Shown piece by piece: positions 16,182 to 24,689 of a DNA stretch of 32,000 bases. Position 1 is the stretch's first letter, and every line of letters starts with the position of its first letter. A program made the position numbers and the translations under genes. This DNA comes from an uncultured Acidobacteriota bacterium (GTDB lineage Bacteria; Acidobacteriota; Thermoanaerobaculia; UBA5066; DATFVB01): assembly GCA_963813155.1 (NCBI GenBank), contig CAWEYG010000001.1:19897-51896 (forward strand), given 5' to 3'. The notes under the pieces were generated by a model. The model did not search any database. It saw only the letters and a program-made list of their open reading frames with translations, and was not told the origin of the DNA.

Positions 16182-16562
16182 CTAGACATCGCCGGTCGGC
16201 ACGATCGCGGCCGTTTCGACCATGAGAATGACCGCTCGCTCCGGCGCGCGCGTGCGGTGCACGACGCCCCGGGGCACGACGAAGCCCTGCTGCGGACCGA
16301 GGTCGACGACCCGATCCTCCAGGTCGACGAGAAAACGGCCCTCCAGGACGAAGAAGAACTCGTCGTCGTTGTCGTGCTTGTGCCAGTGGTATTCGCCCTG
16401 CATCACCCCGAGCCGGACGACCGAATCGTTGACCTTGCACAGCGTCTGGTTGTACCAGCGGTCCGTGACCGCGGCGAGCACCGAGGGGACGTCCACGACG
16501 GCGAGCGACGGGAAGAGGATGTTGAGAAAGGTTGCGTACGGGTACTCGGTCTTCTCATTCAT
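16182..16562 (-). CDS. Cupin domain protein
   Basis: 126-aa ORF with cupin motifs GEYHWHKHDNDDEFFFVLEG and GFVVPRGVVHRTRA. Confidence 0.8.
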   Translation of the reverse strand: MNEKTEYPYATFLNILFPSLAVVDVPSVLAAVTDRWYNQTLCKVNDSVVRLGVMQGEYHWHKHDNDDEFFFVLEGRFLVDLEDRVVDLGPQQGFVVPRGVVHRTRAPERAVILMVETAAIVPTGDV

Positions 16563-16579
16563 GGGACTTCCTTTCGCGC

Positions 16580-16987
16580 TCAGCGGCCGACCTCGGTTCC
16601 CTTGGCCAGTTCCGCTTCCAGGTCTGTGGTGTCCAGCTCGAATACATGGTTGTCGTAGTCGAAGAAATAGAGAGCCGTATCGCCTCGAGCAAGAATGAAC
16701 TCGTGATTCATTGCCTTCAGCCTTTCGGCGCAGGCCAGGAGAGTGGCTTTCGAAACCGAGAATGCAACGTGGTCACCGGTTCTTGGACGTTCCACGGGTG
16801 CTTGAACGAGCGCAAACCAGGTTCGGCCCAGCCGGACAAACGTTTCATCATGGCCTTCCGAATCGGTGCGCGATATGACCTTGCAATCGAACAACTCCCT
16901 GAAGAGAGAAGTTGTTCTGGCCGAATCTTGAACGACCAGGGCAACATGGCTTATTGCGTCGAGCATGGGACCAGAATCACTCTTCAT
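16580..16987 (-). CDS. VOC (glyoxalase/bleomycin-resistance/dioxygenase) family protein, FosX-like
   Basis: 135-aa ORF. ISHVALVV, GDHVAFSV and ..ALYFFDYDNHVFELDTTDLEAEL resemble the metal triad and the FosX tail ..IYFYDFDNHLFELHAGTLEERL (recalled from memory). G+C is markedly lower than in the flanks. Confidence 0.8.
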   Translation of the reverse strand: MKSDSGPMLDAISHVALVVQDSARTTSLFRELFDCKVISRTDSEGHDETFVRLGRTWFALVQAPVERPRTGDHVAFSVSKATLLACAERLKAMNHEFILARGDTALYFFDYDNHVFELDTTDLEAELAKGTEVGR

Positions 16988-17005
16988 CGCTCGAAAATCA
17001 TACCC

Positions 17006-17842
17006 TCAGCCCTGCTCATCCGCCTTCCCCCCTGCGATCGTTCTCCACTCCCCGTCCTTCTCGATGCTCCGGACCTTCAAGCCCGCGGCCCTCAGGCCCG
17101 CGACGGCATCGGACTCCCGTTCATCGAGGATCCCGGACAGCACGACCACTCCGTTGGAAGAAAGAAGCTTCGCGATCGGCGGAATCAGCGGCGCAACTTC
17201 TTCCCAGATCATGTTCGCGAGGACGCGGTCGAACTCCCCCGCGAGACACTCGATGCCGCCGAGAAGCAGTGAGATCCGCGCGGTCGTCGGGTTGCGGATG
17301 AGGTTCTTTCTCGATTCGAAGACGGCCTCCGGATCCACGTCGAAAGCGACGCACCACCGCGCCCCGAGGCGCGCGGCCGCAATCGCGAGGATGGCCGTGC
17401 CGCAGCCGGCGTCCAGCACCCGCTTCCCCGAAATGTCCTCCTTCTCGAGGAATCGGAGGATCCCGCGCGTCGATTCGTGCAAACCCGTTCCGAAAGCTCC
17501 CGCCGCCGGAATGTGGAGGAACCGCTCCGCCGGGCCGGATCGCTCGCCCGGCTCGTCGCGCGCGTCGATCGTGAAACCGGCGATCGAAAACGGCTCCAGG
17601 CGCGCGCGGTACGAGGCGTTCCAGTCTTCGTCTTCGACGGCGCTCTCGGCGCTTGACGCGATCCCCCGCTCCCGCAACAATTCCCGGGCGGCGCGAGCCT
17701 GTTCGGCGGAGGAAAAGACGGCGACGAAGACGGGCCCGGCCTCGCCGTCCGCCTCGAAGCCCCCGGCCGAGGCGCACAGATAGAGGACCTCGGCGGCGCG
17801 CTCCGCGTCGCCGGCCGGAATCTCGATTCGCGAGAAGGTCAA
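17006..17842 (-). CDS. prmA: Ribosomal protein L11 methyltransferase
   Basis: 278-aa ORF with FGTGLHESTRG, VLDAGCGTAILAIAAARLGA, AFDVDPEAV and VLANM. The TTG start overlaps the dnaJ stop (TTGA). This is the conserved position downstream of dnaJ. Confidence 0.9.
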   Translation of the reverse strand: MTFSRIEIPAGDAERAAEVLYLCASAGGFEADGEAGPVFVAVFSSAEQARAARELLRERGIASSAESAVEDEDWNASYRARLEPFSIAGFTIDARDEPGERSGPAERFLHIPAAGAFGTGLHESTRGILRFLEKEDISGKRVLDAGCGTAILAIAAARLGARWCVAFDVDPEAVFESRKNLIRNPTTARISLLLGGIECLAGEFDRVLANMIWEEVAPLIPPIAKLLSSNGVVVLSGILDERESDAVAGLRAAGLKVRSIEKDGEWRTIAGGKADEQG

Positions 17843-18927
17843 CCTTCGAAAATCTTCTTGACGCGCGCGAACGTCTTTTTCTTCGAGACGGGCGCGTCGA
17901 TCAGCTTCGCGTAGCTTTCGAGCAGCTCGCGCTCTTCCTTGCGGGGAGATTTCGGGACGGCCACGTTCAGGCGGACGATCTGGTCGCCGCGGCCGGACGA
18001 ACCGAGCCGGACGACCCCCTTCCGGCGCAACCGGACTTCCGACGCGGCGGGCGTGCCCGGCGCGATCGTGATCGTGTCCTCGCCCTCGAGCGTCGGGACC
18101 TCGACTTCACCGCCGAGGACGAAAACGGGGAAAGGCAGCTCCATGTCGAGAATCACGTCGTCCCCTTCGCGATGGAAGAGGTCGTGCTCGGCGACGGAGA
18201 GGACGACGTAGAGGTCCCCGGCCGATCCGCCGCGGGGCGCGGCGTTGCCCTCTCCCGTGAGGCGCAGGCGCGAGCCACTCTCGACTCCTCCCGGGATCTT
18301 GATCGTCAGCGTGCGCTCCGAGGGAAGCCGCCCCTCGCCCCGGCAGGCCGGACAGGGTTTTTCGATCCTCGTGCCCTCGCCCTGGCAGCCGGGGCAAGTG
18401 CGCGCCATCGTGAAGAATCCCTGGGAATACCGGACCTGGCCGCGGCCGCGGCACGTAGAGCAGGTGACCGGCTGCGAGCCCTTCTCGGCCCCCGTTCCCC
18501 GGCATTCCCCGCACGGCTCGTAGCGCTCGATCGTGACCGGAGACTCCGTGCCGAACGCGGCGTCGGAAAACGAGAGCTCGAGATGCACGACGACATCGCT
18601 GCCCGAAGACTGCTGCCGGCCGAACCCTCCCCCGAAGAACTGGCCGAAGAGATCGGAGAAATCGGAAAAAATCGACGGATCGAACCCGCCCGGGCTGCCG
18701 CCTCCGCGCAGCCCGTCGTGGCCGAAACGGTCGTAGCGATCGCGCTTGTCGGGGTCGGAGAGGACCGAATAGGCCTCCGACGCCTCCTTGAACCTCTCGG
18801 CCGCCTCCGCGTCGCCGGCGTTCTTGTCGGGATGGAACTGGATCGCCAGCTTCCGGTATGCCGACTTCAGTTCCCCGGTCCCGGCGTCTCGGACGACGCC
18901 CAGAATCTCGTAGTAGTCGCGCTTCAT
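17839..18927 (-). CDS. dnaJ: Molecular chaperone DnaJ
   Basis: J-domain [11 protein letters not shown]...HPDKN, a G/F region, and four CxxCxGxG zinc motifs ([32 protein letters not shown]). The ATG overlaps the dnaK TGA. Confidence 0.95.
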   Translation of the reverse strand: MKRDYYEILGVVRDAGTGELKSAYRKLAIQFHPDKNAGDAEAAERFKEASEAYSVLSDPDKRDRYDRFGHDGLRGGGSPGGFDPSIFSDFSDLFGQFFGGGFGRQQSSGSDVVVHLELSFSDAAFGTESPVTIERYEPCGECRGTGAEKGSQPVTCSTCRGRGQVRYSQGFFTMARTCPGCQGEGTRIEKPCPACRGEGRLPSERTLTIKIPGGVESGSRLRLTGEGNAAPRGGSAGDLYVVLSVAEHDLFHREGDDVILDMELPFPVFVLGGEVEVPTLEGEDTITIAPGTPAASEVRLRRKGVVRLGSSGRGDQIVRLNVAVPKSPRKEERELLESYAKLIDAPVSKKKTFARVKKIFEG

Positions 18928-20747
18928 GCCGCGGAGCCCGACCGGGAATGGGAAAGCATGGCCTGGGTCAGCGCCCGCGCTCCCGCTTTCAGCGCGGTGA
19001 TGGCCGCCTCGATCTGCGGCATCGAATCCGTGCTGCAGGCGTCGCGCGCGGTTTTCAACGCCTGGGAAATCTGCTCGCGGTCCTCCGGCGAGAGGAGCCG
19101 CCCGAATTCGGAAAACACTTTCTCGTTGGAGCGCAGCATCCCCTCCAGGCGCGTCCGGGCGACGCGCGCTTCGCGCCGCGTTTTGTCGGCGCCCTCGTTC
19201 TCCTGCGCTTCCTGGATCAGCCTTTCGATCTCCGCGCCGGAGAGGCCGCCGGCCGGTGTGATCTGGATTCCCTGCGCCTTCCCGGTGGCCTGGTCCTTCG
19301 CCGAGACGTTGACGATGCCGTTGGAGTCGATCGCAAACGTCACTTCGATCTGCGGAACGCCGCGCGGCGCCGCCGGCACGCCGACGAGATCGAACCGCCC
19401 GAGCGACTTGTTGTCCCGCGCGAGGCCGCGCTCCCCCTGAAGCACGTGGATCTCCACCGCCGACTGGTTGTCGACGACGGTCGTGAAGATCTTGGAGTTC
19501 TTCGTCGGGATCGTGGAGTTTCGCTCGATCAGCTTCTCGAAGATCCCGCCGTGGGTCTCGATTCCGAGAGACAGCGGCGTCACGTCGAGAAGGACGACGT
19601 CCTTGATCTCGCCCCGGAGGACGCTTCCCTGGATCGCCGCGCCGACCGCGACGACTTCGTCCGGATTGATGTCGCGCGAGGGCTCCTTTCCGAAGATCTC
19701 GGCGACCGTCTGCTGGACGCGCGGGGTGCGGGTCTGGCCCCCGACCAGGATGACGGTGTCGATCTCACCCGGCTCGAGGTTCGCGGCCTTCAGGGCGTCG
19801 TGGCACGGACCGGCGGTCCGGTCGATCAGGTCGCCGACGAGCCCCTCGAAGACCTTTCGCGTGAGCACGGTGTTGATGTGCTTGGGCCCCGACGGATCCG
19901 CGGAGATGAACGGCAGCGTGATCGAGGCCTCTTCCGCGGTCGAGAGCTCGCACTTCGCCTTTTCGGCGGCCTCCTTGAGTCTCTGCAGCGCCATCCGGTC
20001 GTTTCGCAGATCGATCCCGGTGGACTTCTGGAAGTCGCCGAGAAGCCAGTCCATGATGCGCTTGTCGAAGTCCTCCCCGCCGAGGTACGTGTCGCCCGAG
20101 GTCGACTTGACCTCGTAGATGCCGTCGCCGAGCTGAAGAATCGAAACGTCGAACGTGCCGCCACCGAGGTCGTAGACGGCGACGATCTCGCTTCCCTTCC
20201 GATCGACGCCGTAGGCGAGCGCGGCGGCCGTCGGCTCGTTGATGATGCGCTTGACCTCGAGGCCCGCGAGCCGGCCCGCGTCGCGGGTCGCCTGGCGCTG
20301 CGCGTCGTCGAAGTAAGCGGGGACGGTGATGATCGCTTCCGTCACGTCCTCGCCGAGCGCCTCCTCGGCGAATTGCTTGAGCTCCATCAGGACGAAGGCG
20401 CTGATCTCCTCGGGACTGTAGTCCCGGCCGCGCACCCGAATCTTCACGTCGCCGTTGGCGCCCTCGGCGATCTCGTACGGCAGCACCTCGCGGGCGCGGG
20501 CGACTTCCTCGGCGCGGAACTTCCGCCCGATCAGCCTCTTCGTCGCGAAGATCGTGTTGACGGGGTTCGTGATCGCCTGGCGTTTCGCGATCTGTCCGAC
20601 GAGACGCTCGCCGTCCTCCGTCAGGCCGACGACCGACGGCGTCGTGCGCGCGCCCTCGCGATTCGCGAGAACGGAGGGATGCTGGAGCTCCAGCACCGCG
20701 ACGCAGGAGTTCGTCGTGCCGAGGTCGATCCCGAGAATCCGCCCCAT
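18924..20747 (-). CDS. dnaK: Molecular chaperone DnaK (Hsp70)
   Basis: 607-aa ORF with [39 protein letters not shown] and the other Hsp70 signatures. GGAG lies 1 nt upstream of the ATG. Confidence 0.96.
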   Translation of the reverse strand: MGRILGIDLGTTNSCVAVLELQHPSVLANREGARTTPSVVGLTEDGERLVGQIAKRQAITNPVNTIFATKRLIGRKFRAEEVARAREVLPYEIAEGANGDVKIRVRGRDYSPEEISAFVLMELKQFAEEALGEDVTEAIITVPAYFDDAQRQATRDAGRLAGLEVKRIINEPTAAALAYGVDRKGSEIVAVYDLGGGTFDVSILQLGDGIYEVKSTSGDTYLGGEDFDKRIMDWLLGDFQKSTGIDLRNDRMALQRLKEAAEKAKCELSTAEEASITLPFISADPSGPKHINTVLTRKVFEGLVGDLIDRTAGPCHDALKAANLEPGEIDTVILVGGQTRTPRVQQTVAEIFGKEPSRDINPDEVVAVGAAIQGSVLRGEIKDVVLLDVTPLSLGIETHGGIFEKLIERNSTIPTKNSKIFTTVVDNQSAVEIHVLQGERGLARDNKSLGRFDLVGVPAAPRGVPQIEVTFAIDSNGIVNVSAKDQATGKAQGIQITPAGGLSGAEIERLIQEAQENEGADKTRREARVARTRLEGMLRSNEKVFSEFGRLLSPEDREQISQALKTARDACSTDSMPQIEAAITALKAGARALTQAMLSHSRSGSAA

Positions 20748-21357
20748 CTCCGTCGTGCGCCGAGGCGGTCGCGACTTTGACGAAGGCCGGCCGCAGCAGC
20801 CGGTCGTTCAGGTAGTAACCCTTCTGGAGCACCTGGAGAATCTCGTTCGGGTCGCGGCCTTCGCTCGCGGCTCGCGCGACGGCTTCGTGGATGTTCGGGT
20901 CGAACGGACCGTCGGTGGCGACCTCCGTCAGCCCGCGCTTCTTGAGGGCGTCGGTGAGCTGGCGGTAGATCAGCGTCACTCCTTCGCGGTATTCGTCGTC
21001 GGCCGCGTCGCTGTGGGCGAGCGCGCGCTCGAAATTGTCGAGGACCGGCAGGACGTCGCGGAAGAAATCCGCGAGCGCGAAGCGGAAATAGTCCGACTTC
21101 TCGCGTTCCGTCCGCTTCTTGAAGTTTTCGAATTCCGCGAGCTTTCGCAGCTGCGCGTCCTTGAGCTCCTGGATCTCGCGCTCGGAGGCCTCGAGCTTCG
21201 CGCGAAGCCCCTCCTCGCCGGCGGCCAGTTGCTCCGCCTCGTGCTGCGAAAGGATCTCTTCGAGCGACTCCGTCGGGGGCTCGACGATGACGACGTCGTC
21301 CTGCGGCGAATCTTCGTCGCGGTTCCCCGGATCAGGACGATCCCGGCGATCGGCCAT
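19765..21357 (-). CDS. grpE: Nucleotide exchange factor GrpE. Only 20770-21357 is GrpE-like; the ORF has no stop codon until 19765
   Basis: The N-terminal ~196 aa are colinear with GrpE: ..[24 protein letters not shown].., ..[10 protein letters not shown].., ..[20 protein letters not shown]. After VKVA the frame stays open and runs out of frame across the first ~980 nt of dnaK as Arg-rich junk. No stop exists in any minus frame between about 20790 and 20700. Confidence 0.8.
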   Translation of the reverse strand: MADRRDRPDPGNRDEDSPQDDVVIVEPPTESLEEILSQHEAEQLAAGEEGLRAKLEASEREIQELKDAQLRKLAEFENFKKRTEREKSDYFRFALADFFRDVLPVLDNFERALAHSDAADDEYREGVTLIYRQLTDALKKRGLTEVATDGPFDPNIHEAVARAASEGRDPNEILQVLQKGYYLNDRLLRPAFVKVATASAHDGDGADSRDRPRHDELLRRGAGAPASLRSRESRGRAHDAVGRRPDGGRRASRRTDRETPGDHEPRQHDLRDEEADRAEVPRRGSRPRPRGAAVRDRRGRQRRREDSGARPGLQSRGDQRLRPDGAQAIRRGGARRGRDGSDHHRPRLLRRRAAPGDPRRGPARGPRGQAHHQRADGRRARLRRRSEGKRDRRRLRPRWRHVRRFDSSARRRHLRGQVDLGRHVPRRGGLRQAHHGLASRRLPEVHRDRSAKRPDGAAETQGGRRKGEVRALDRGRGLDHAAVHLRGSVGAQAHQHRAHAKGLRGARRRPDRPDRRSVPRRPEGREPRAG

Positions 21358-22399
21358 CTTTGGGCTTCCCTCCTTCGGCTCCCTGCTCCAGTCTGGCGGA
21401 AAGGGTCCGACCCAGAAATTCTACCAGCGGAACGACCCTGGGATAAGACATTCGAAGCGATCCGATGATCCCGAGGACCCCCTGAGGACGGTGCTCTCCC
21501 CCGTACCGCGTGACGACCGCCGAGATCGGCTTTCCCGACGTCAGGTGGCTTTCCGACCCGATGACGATCCGCGGGCCCTCCCCCTCGAGGCATTGGTCGA
21601 GAAGCTCGACGAGATTCGCCCTCTCTTCGAACGCCTGGTACACGCGCTTGATGCTCTCCGGCTGGGCGAACTCCGGACGGTCGAGCAGGAGCCGGGCTCC
21701 CTCGGTGTAGACGTCATTGGGTTCCGACGTGGACAGCGCGCGTCGCGCAAGGTCCAGCGTTTCGAAGAGGACCCGGTCGAACCGCGCCCGCTCCTCCTGC
21801 ATCGCGAGGGTCACCCGGTTGCGCATCGCCACAAGGGTCGACCCTCCGAACTCCGCGGTGAGCTTCCTCCCGGCGCGCTCCAGGGCCGCGGCATCGAGGC
21901 GCCCCCCGGTGTCGATCAGTCGCGTGAAGACGAGATCCCCTTCCCCGACCTGGATCGCGAGGGCCTTGTCGCGGCCGATCGGCACGAATTTCAGCTCCCG
22001 GACGACAGAATGCCTCGAATCGGGCGCGACGACGATGCCGATCTCCCCGGAGAGGCGCGACAACAGCTTCGAAACTGCCGGGTAGAGCAGATTCGGATCG
22101 TGTCCCGCCCCCGAGAGGTCGAGCGCGACGAGCTCTTTCGTGTTCGAGCTCACGTCTTTCGGCTTCATGAGGCTCCGCACGTAATGCCGGTACCCCTTGT
22201 CGGTCGGCACCCTCCCGGCCGACGTGTGCGGCTGGGTGAGATAACCGGCGTCCGTGAGGTCCGCCATCAGATTCCGAAGCGTCGCCGCCGAACTGTGGAA
22301 TTTCGTCAGCTTCGCGAGCGAACGGGACGAGACGGGCCGGCCCGTTTCGGCGTGGATGCGAATGATCTCCCGCATGACCTCGCGGGCCCGTTCGTCCAT
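21332..22399 (-). CDS. hrcA: Heat-inducible transcription repressor HrcA
   Basis: The internal ATG at 22399 of the 657-aa ORF gives MDERAREVMREIIRIHAETGRPVSSRSLAKL...LRNLMADLTDAGYLTQPHTSAGRVPTDKGYRHYV, the HrcA winged-helix N-terminus. The product is 356 aa. It lies directly upstream of grpE with a 26-nt overlap. Confidence 0.9.
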   Translation of the reverse strand: MDERAREVMREIIRIHAETGRPVSSRSLAKLTKFHSSAATLRNLMADLTDAGYLTQPHTSAGRVPTDKGYRHYVRSLMKPKDVSSNTKELVALDLSGAGHDPNLLYPAVSKLLSRLSGEIGIVVAPDSRHSVVRELKFVPIGRDKALAIQVGEGDLVFTRLIDTGGRLDAAALERAGRKLTAEFGGSTLVAMRNRVTLAMQEERARFDRVLFETLDLARRALSTSEPNDVYTEGARLLLDRPEFAQPESIKRVYQAFEERANLVELLDQCLEGEGPRIVIGSESHLTSGKPISAVVTRYGGEHRPQGVLGIIGSLRMSYPRVVPLVEFLGRTLSARLEQGAEGGKPKDGRSPGSS

Positions 22400-22482
22400 C
22401 GGCTCCTGGGTTTTCGGGGAGGATTGCAACCCGGCTCTCCTTGCGTGTTCACGCGACGTGCTAGATTGGAAGCTTAACCGAA

Positions 22483-23271
22483 ATGCGATCAAAACCGGCC
22501 CCTCCGCGCCGCCTCCGAGTCGGAATCCTCGGTCTCGGCAGGGCCGGAAAAGCGCTCCGCAACTCGCTTCGGGAGGCCGGCCACTCCGTCGCCCGCCTCT
22601 CGCGCGGAGGCGCGCCGCCGCGCGGAGACCTCGACTTGATCGTGCTCGCGGTTCCCGACGATGCGATTCGCGGGGAGAGCCGTCGCCTCGCGCGCCAGGG
22701 CGCCCGCTGCCGGATCGCGATGCACCTGTCCGGCGCCCTCGATTCCTCGGCGCTCGCGGCGCTCGGGAAAACGGGAGCAAGCGTCGTCTCCTTCCACCCC
22801 CTGCGCAGTTTTTCGGGCAAGCCCGGAGAGAGCTTTCACGGATGCTCCGTCGCGATCGAAGGAGAGCCGCCGGCGGCGCGAACGGCCCGGCGCCTCGCCC
22901 GGGAGTTCGGCGCGTCCCCCTGGAGCGTGTCCCGGGATGCGAAGCCGCTCTATCACGCGGCGGCCACTCTCGCGGCGGGAGGCACCGCCGCGCTCGTCGC
23001 GGCCGCTTCCCTCGCCGCCTCGGCCGCGGGGCTGCCCGCGCGGGCCGCTCAGCGCGAATTCGCCGCCCTGGCGGCCTCCGCCGCAGAGAACGTTCGCCGT
23101 CTCGGCTTCCCGGCCGGCGCGACCGGCCCGCTGGCCCGGGGCGATCGGGCGACCCTGAGGCTCCACCGGCGAGCTCTGGCTCGCGATCCGTCCCTTCGGC
23201 GGCTCTACCTCGAGCTCGCGCGAGCCTATCGAAGGTTAATGGTCGTTGACCGGCCCTCGGGGCGACACTAA
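22483..23271 (+). CDS. Rossmann-like NAD(P)-binding protein with a DUF2520-type C-terminal domain
   Basis: 262-aa ORF. LRVGILGLGRAGKAL, DLIVLAVPDDAI, SFHPL and ..KPLYHAAATLAAGG.. are typical of the F420/NADP-oxidoreductase-like plus DUF2520 architecture. Confidence 0.8.
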   Translation: MRSKPAPPRRLRVGILGLGRAGKALRNSLREAGHSVARLSRGGAPPRGDLDLIVLAVPDDAIRGESRRLARQGARCRIAMHLSGALDSSALAALGKTGASVVSFHPLRSFSGKPGESFHGCSVAIEGEPPAARTARRLAREFGASPWSVSRDAKPLYHAAATLAAGGTAALVAAASLAASAAGLPARAAQREFAALAASAAENVRRLGFPAGATGPLARGDRATLRLHRRALARDPSLRRLYLELARAYRRLMVVDRPSGRH

Positions 23272-23313
23272 AATACCCCCGTCGCTTAACTTCTCGTTGG
23301 AGCAAAGGTTTCG

Positions 23314-24678
23314 ATGGTTTTTTTCAACTATGCCACGATGCAGATGGCAGCCAAGGTCGTTTACTACGGCCCGGGGCTTTGTGGAAAAACTACGAACCTC
23401 CACCACATCTACGGGAAGACCTCGCCGACCTCCCGCGGGGAGATGATCTCGCTCGAGACCGAAACGGACCGCACCCTCTTTTTCGACCTCCTTCCCATCG
23501 ACGTCGGGATCATCGGCGGCTTCAAGACCCGGCTCCAGCTCTACACGGTCCCGGGACAGGTCTTCTACAACACGACGCGCAAGCTCGTGCTCCGGGGCGT
23601 CGACGGCATCGTCTTCGTCGCCGATTCGCAGCGCGCGATGAAAGACGCGAACGTGGAGAGTTTCCAGAACATGGAGTCCAACCTCGGGGAGATCGGCCTG
23701 ACCTCGAGCGACATCCCGCTCGTCCTGCAGTTCAACAAGAGGGACCTCTCGAACATCCTTCCCGTTCCCGAGTTGATCGACTCGCTCGATCCGACGGGGC
23801 AGTTTTCCCACCTCGAGGCGAGCGCCCTGCGCGGCGACGGAGTTTTCGAGACGCTCAAGGAAATTTCAAAGCTCACGCTCAAGTCCCTCAAGCGCAAAAT
23901 GCTGGGCGAGGATCGCCCCGCCTCGCGCCCGACGGCGAGCCGCCCCAAGGCGCCGGCCGCCGCCGCGCCCGAGCCCCCTCCGGCTCCTTCCCTGGCGCCG
24001 GCGGAGGAGCCGAAGATCTCGCTGTCGGACCTGAGGGCCGACGCCGAGGCCGCGGCGACGGCGCTCGCGGAGCAGCTGGAGACCGACGGATTCTTCGAAA
24101 GCACCGAGATGGTCGAGAGCGTCGACGAAATCGCGCCCGACGTCGAGCCGGCCGGAGAGGATTTCTCCACGCCCGTCATCGAGTTTCTCTCTCCCTCCGA
24201 CGAGTCGCCAATGCCGGAGGAGGAACCGCTCGTCCCAGGGCCGCCGCCGGCGCCCGAAGAGCCGGTCCAGATCGACTTCGAGCAGGCCGCCGTGCCCTCC
24301 ACGGGAGACGGGGTTCGCCACGTCAAGGTTCGCTCCAACGTGGACATCCTCTCGGAGCTGGAAAAGCTGCGAAAGAACGCGACGCTCAAACCGATGCCCG
24401 AGGCGGCGCCTGTGCGCCGGCCGACGGCGAGCGAAATCTCCCTCGACGATCTGCTCGCTTCGGGATCCAACCACCGCAAGGAAGTCCAGCGGCTCGTCGA
24501 AATCGAAATGAAGAAGAAGGATCTCAGCCGCGCGAGCCGGATCGTCGTCTCGCTCCGCCTCGACGACCCCAAGCACAAGGTGATCGGCGAGGAGCGCAGC
24601 TACGACATCGACTTGAGCGACATGAAGGACGTGGAGAAGCTGCTGGTGTCCTTGAGGCTCCACGTGAACGGAAAATAG
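23314..24678 (+). CDS. mglA: MglA-like Ras-superfamily GTPase with a ~260-aa C-terminal extension
   Basis: Residues 1-195 are nearly colinear with Myxococcus MglA as I recall it: KVVYYGPGLCGKTTNL, TDRTLFFDLLP, LYTVPGQVFY, GVDGIVFVADSQ, QFNKRDL and GVFETLK. A Pro/Ala/Glu-rich linker follows, then a Lys/Asp/Val-rich terminal module (..RKEVQRLVEIEMKKKDLSRASRIVVSLRLDDPKHKVIGEERSYDIDLSDMKDVEKLLVSLRLHVNGK). All of this lies in one uninterrupted frame. Confidence 0.88.
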   Translation: MVFFNYATMQMAAKVVYYGPGLCGKTTNLHHIYGKTSPTSRGEMISLETETDRTLFFDLLPIDVGIIGGFKTRLQLYTVPGQVFYNTTRKLVLRGVDGIVFVADSQRAMKDANVESFQNMESNLGEIGLTSSDIPLVLQFNKRDLSNILPVPELIDSLDPTGQFSHLEASALRGDGVFETLKEISKLTLKSLKRKMLGEDRPASRPTASRPKAPAAAAPEPPPAPSLAPAEEPKISLSDLRADAEAAATALAEQLETDGFFESTEMVESVDEIAPDVEPAGEDFSTPVIEFLSPSDESPMPEEEPLVPGPPPAPEEPVQIDFEQAAVPSTGDGVRHVKVRSNVDILSELEKLRKNATLKPMPEAAPVRRPTASEISLDDLLASGSNHRKEVQRLVEIEMKKKDLSRASRIVVSLRLDDPKHKVIGEERSYDIDLSDMKDVEKLLVSLRLHVNGK

Positions 24679-24689
24679 CGTACAATCCG

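Noticed and set aside
20748-20790. Possibility that grpE and dnaK form a single GrpE-DnaK fusion protein through a +1 shift.
   Set aside because: The dnaK frame carries a TGA 22 codons upstream of its ATG (inside ..GYYLNDR.. of grpE). dnaK has its own GGAG RBS and a canonical [13 protein letters not shown] start. A fusion would need the shift to fall in a 20-nt interval, and no such architecture is known to me.
22455-22466. Partial CIRCE right arm (acGTGCTAg) upstream of hrcA.
   Set aside because: Only 6 of 9 positions match, and the sequence 9 nt upstream (tccttgcgt) does not form the left arm, so it is not a credible CIRCE.
23379-24689. N-terminal 437 aa of the 990-aa ORF 23379-26351, which would make a giant MltD fusion.
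   Set aside because: This part is the +2 frame of the MglA-like gene and reads as Arg/Pro junk. The MltD-like protein has its own ATG (24690) followed by a clean lipoprotein signal peptide.
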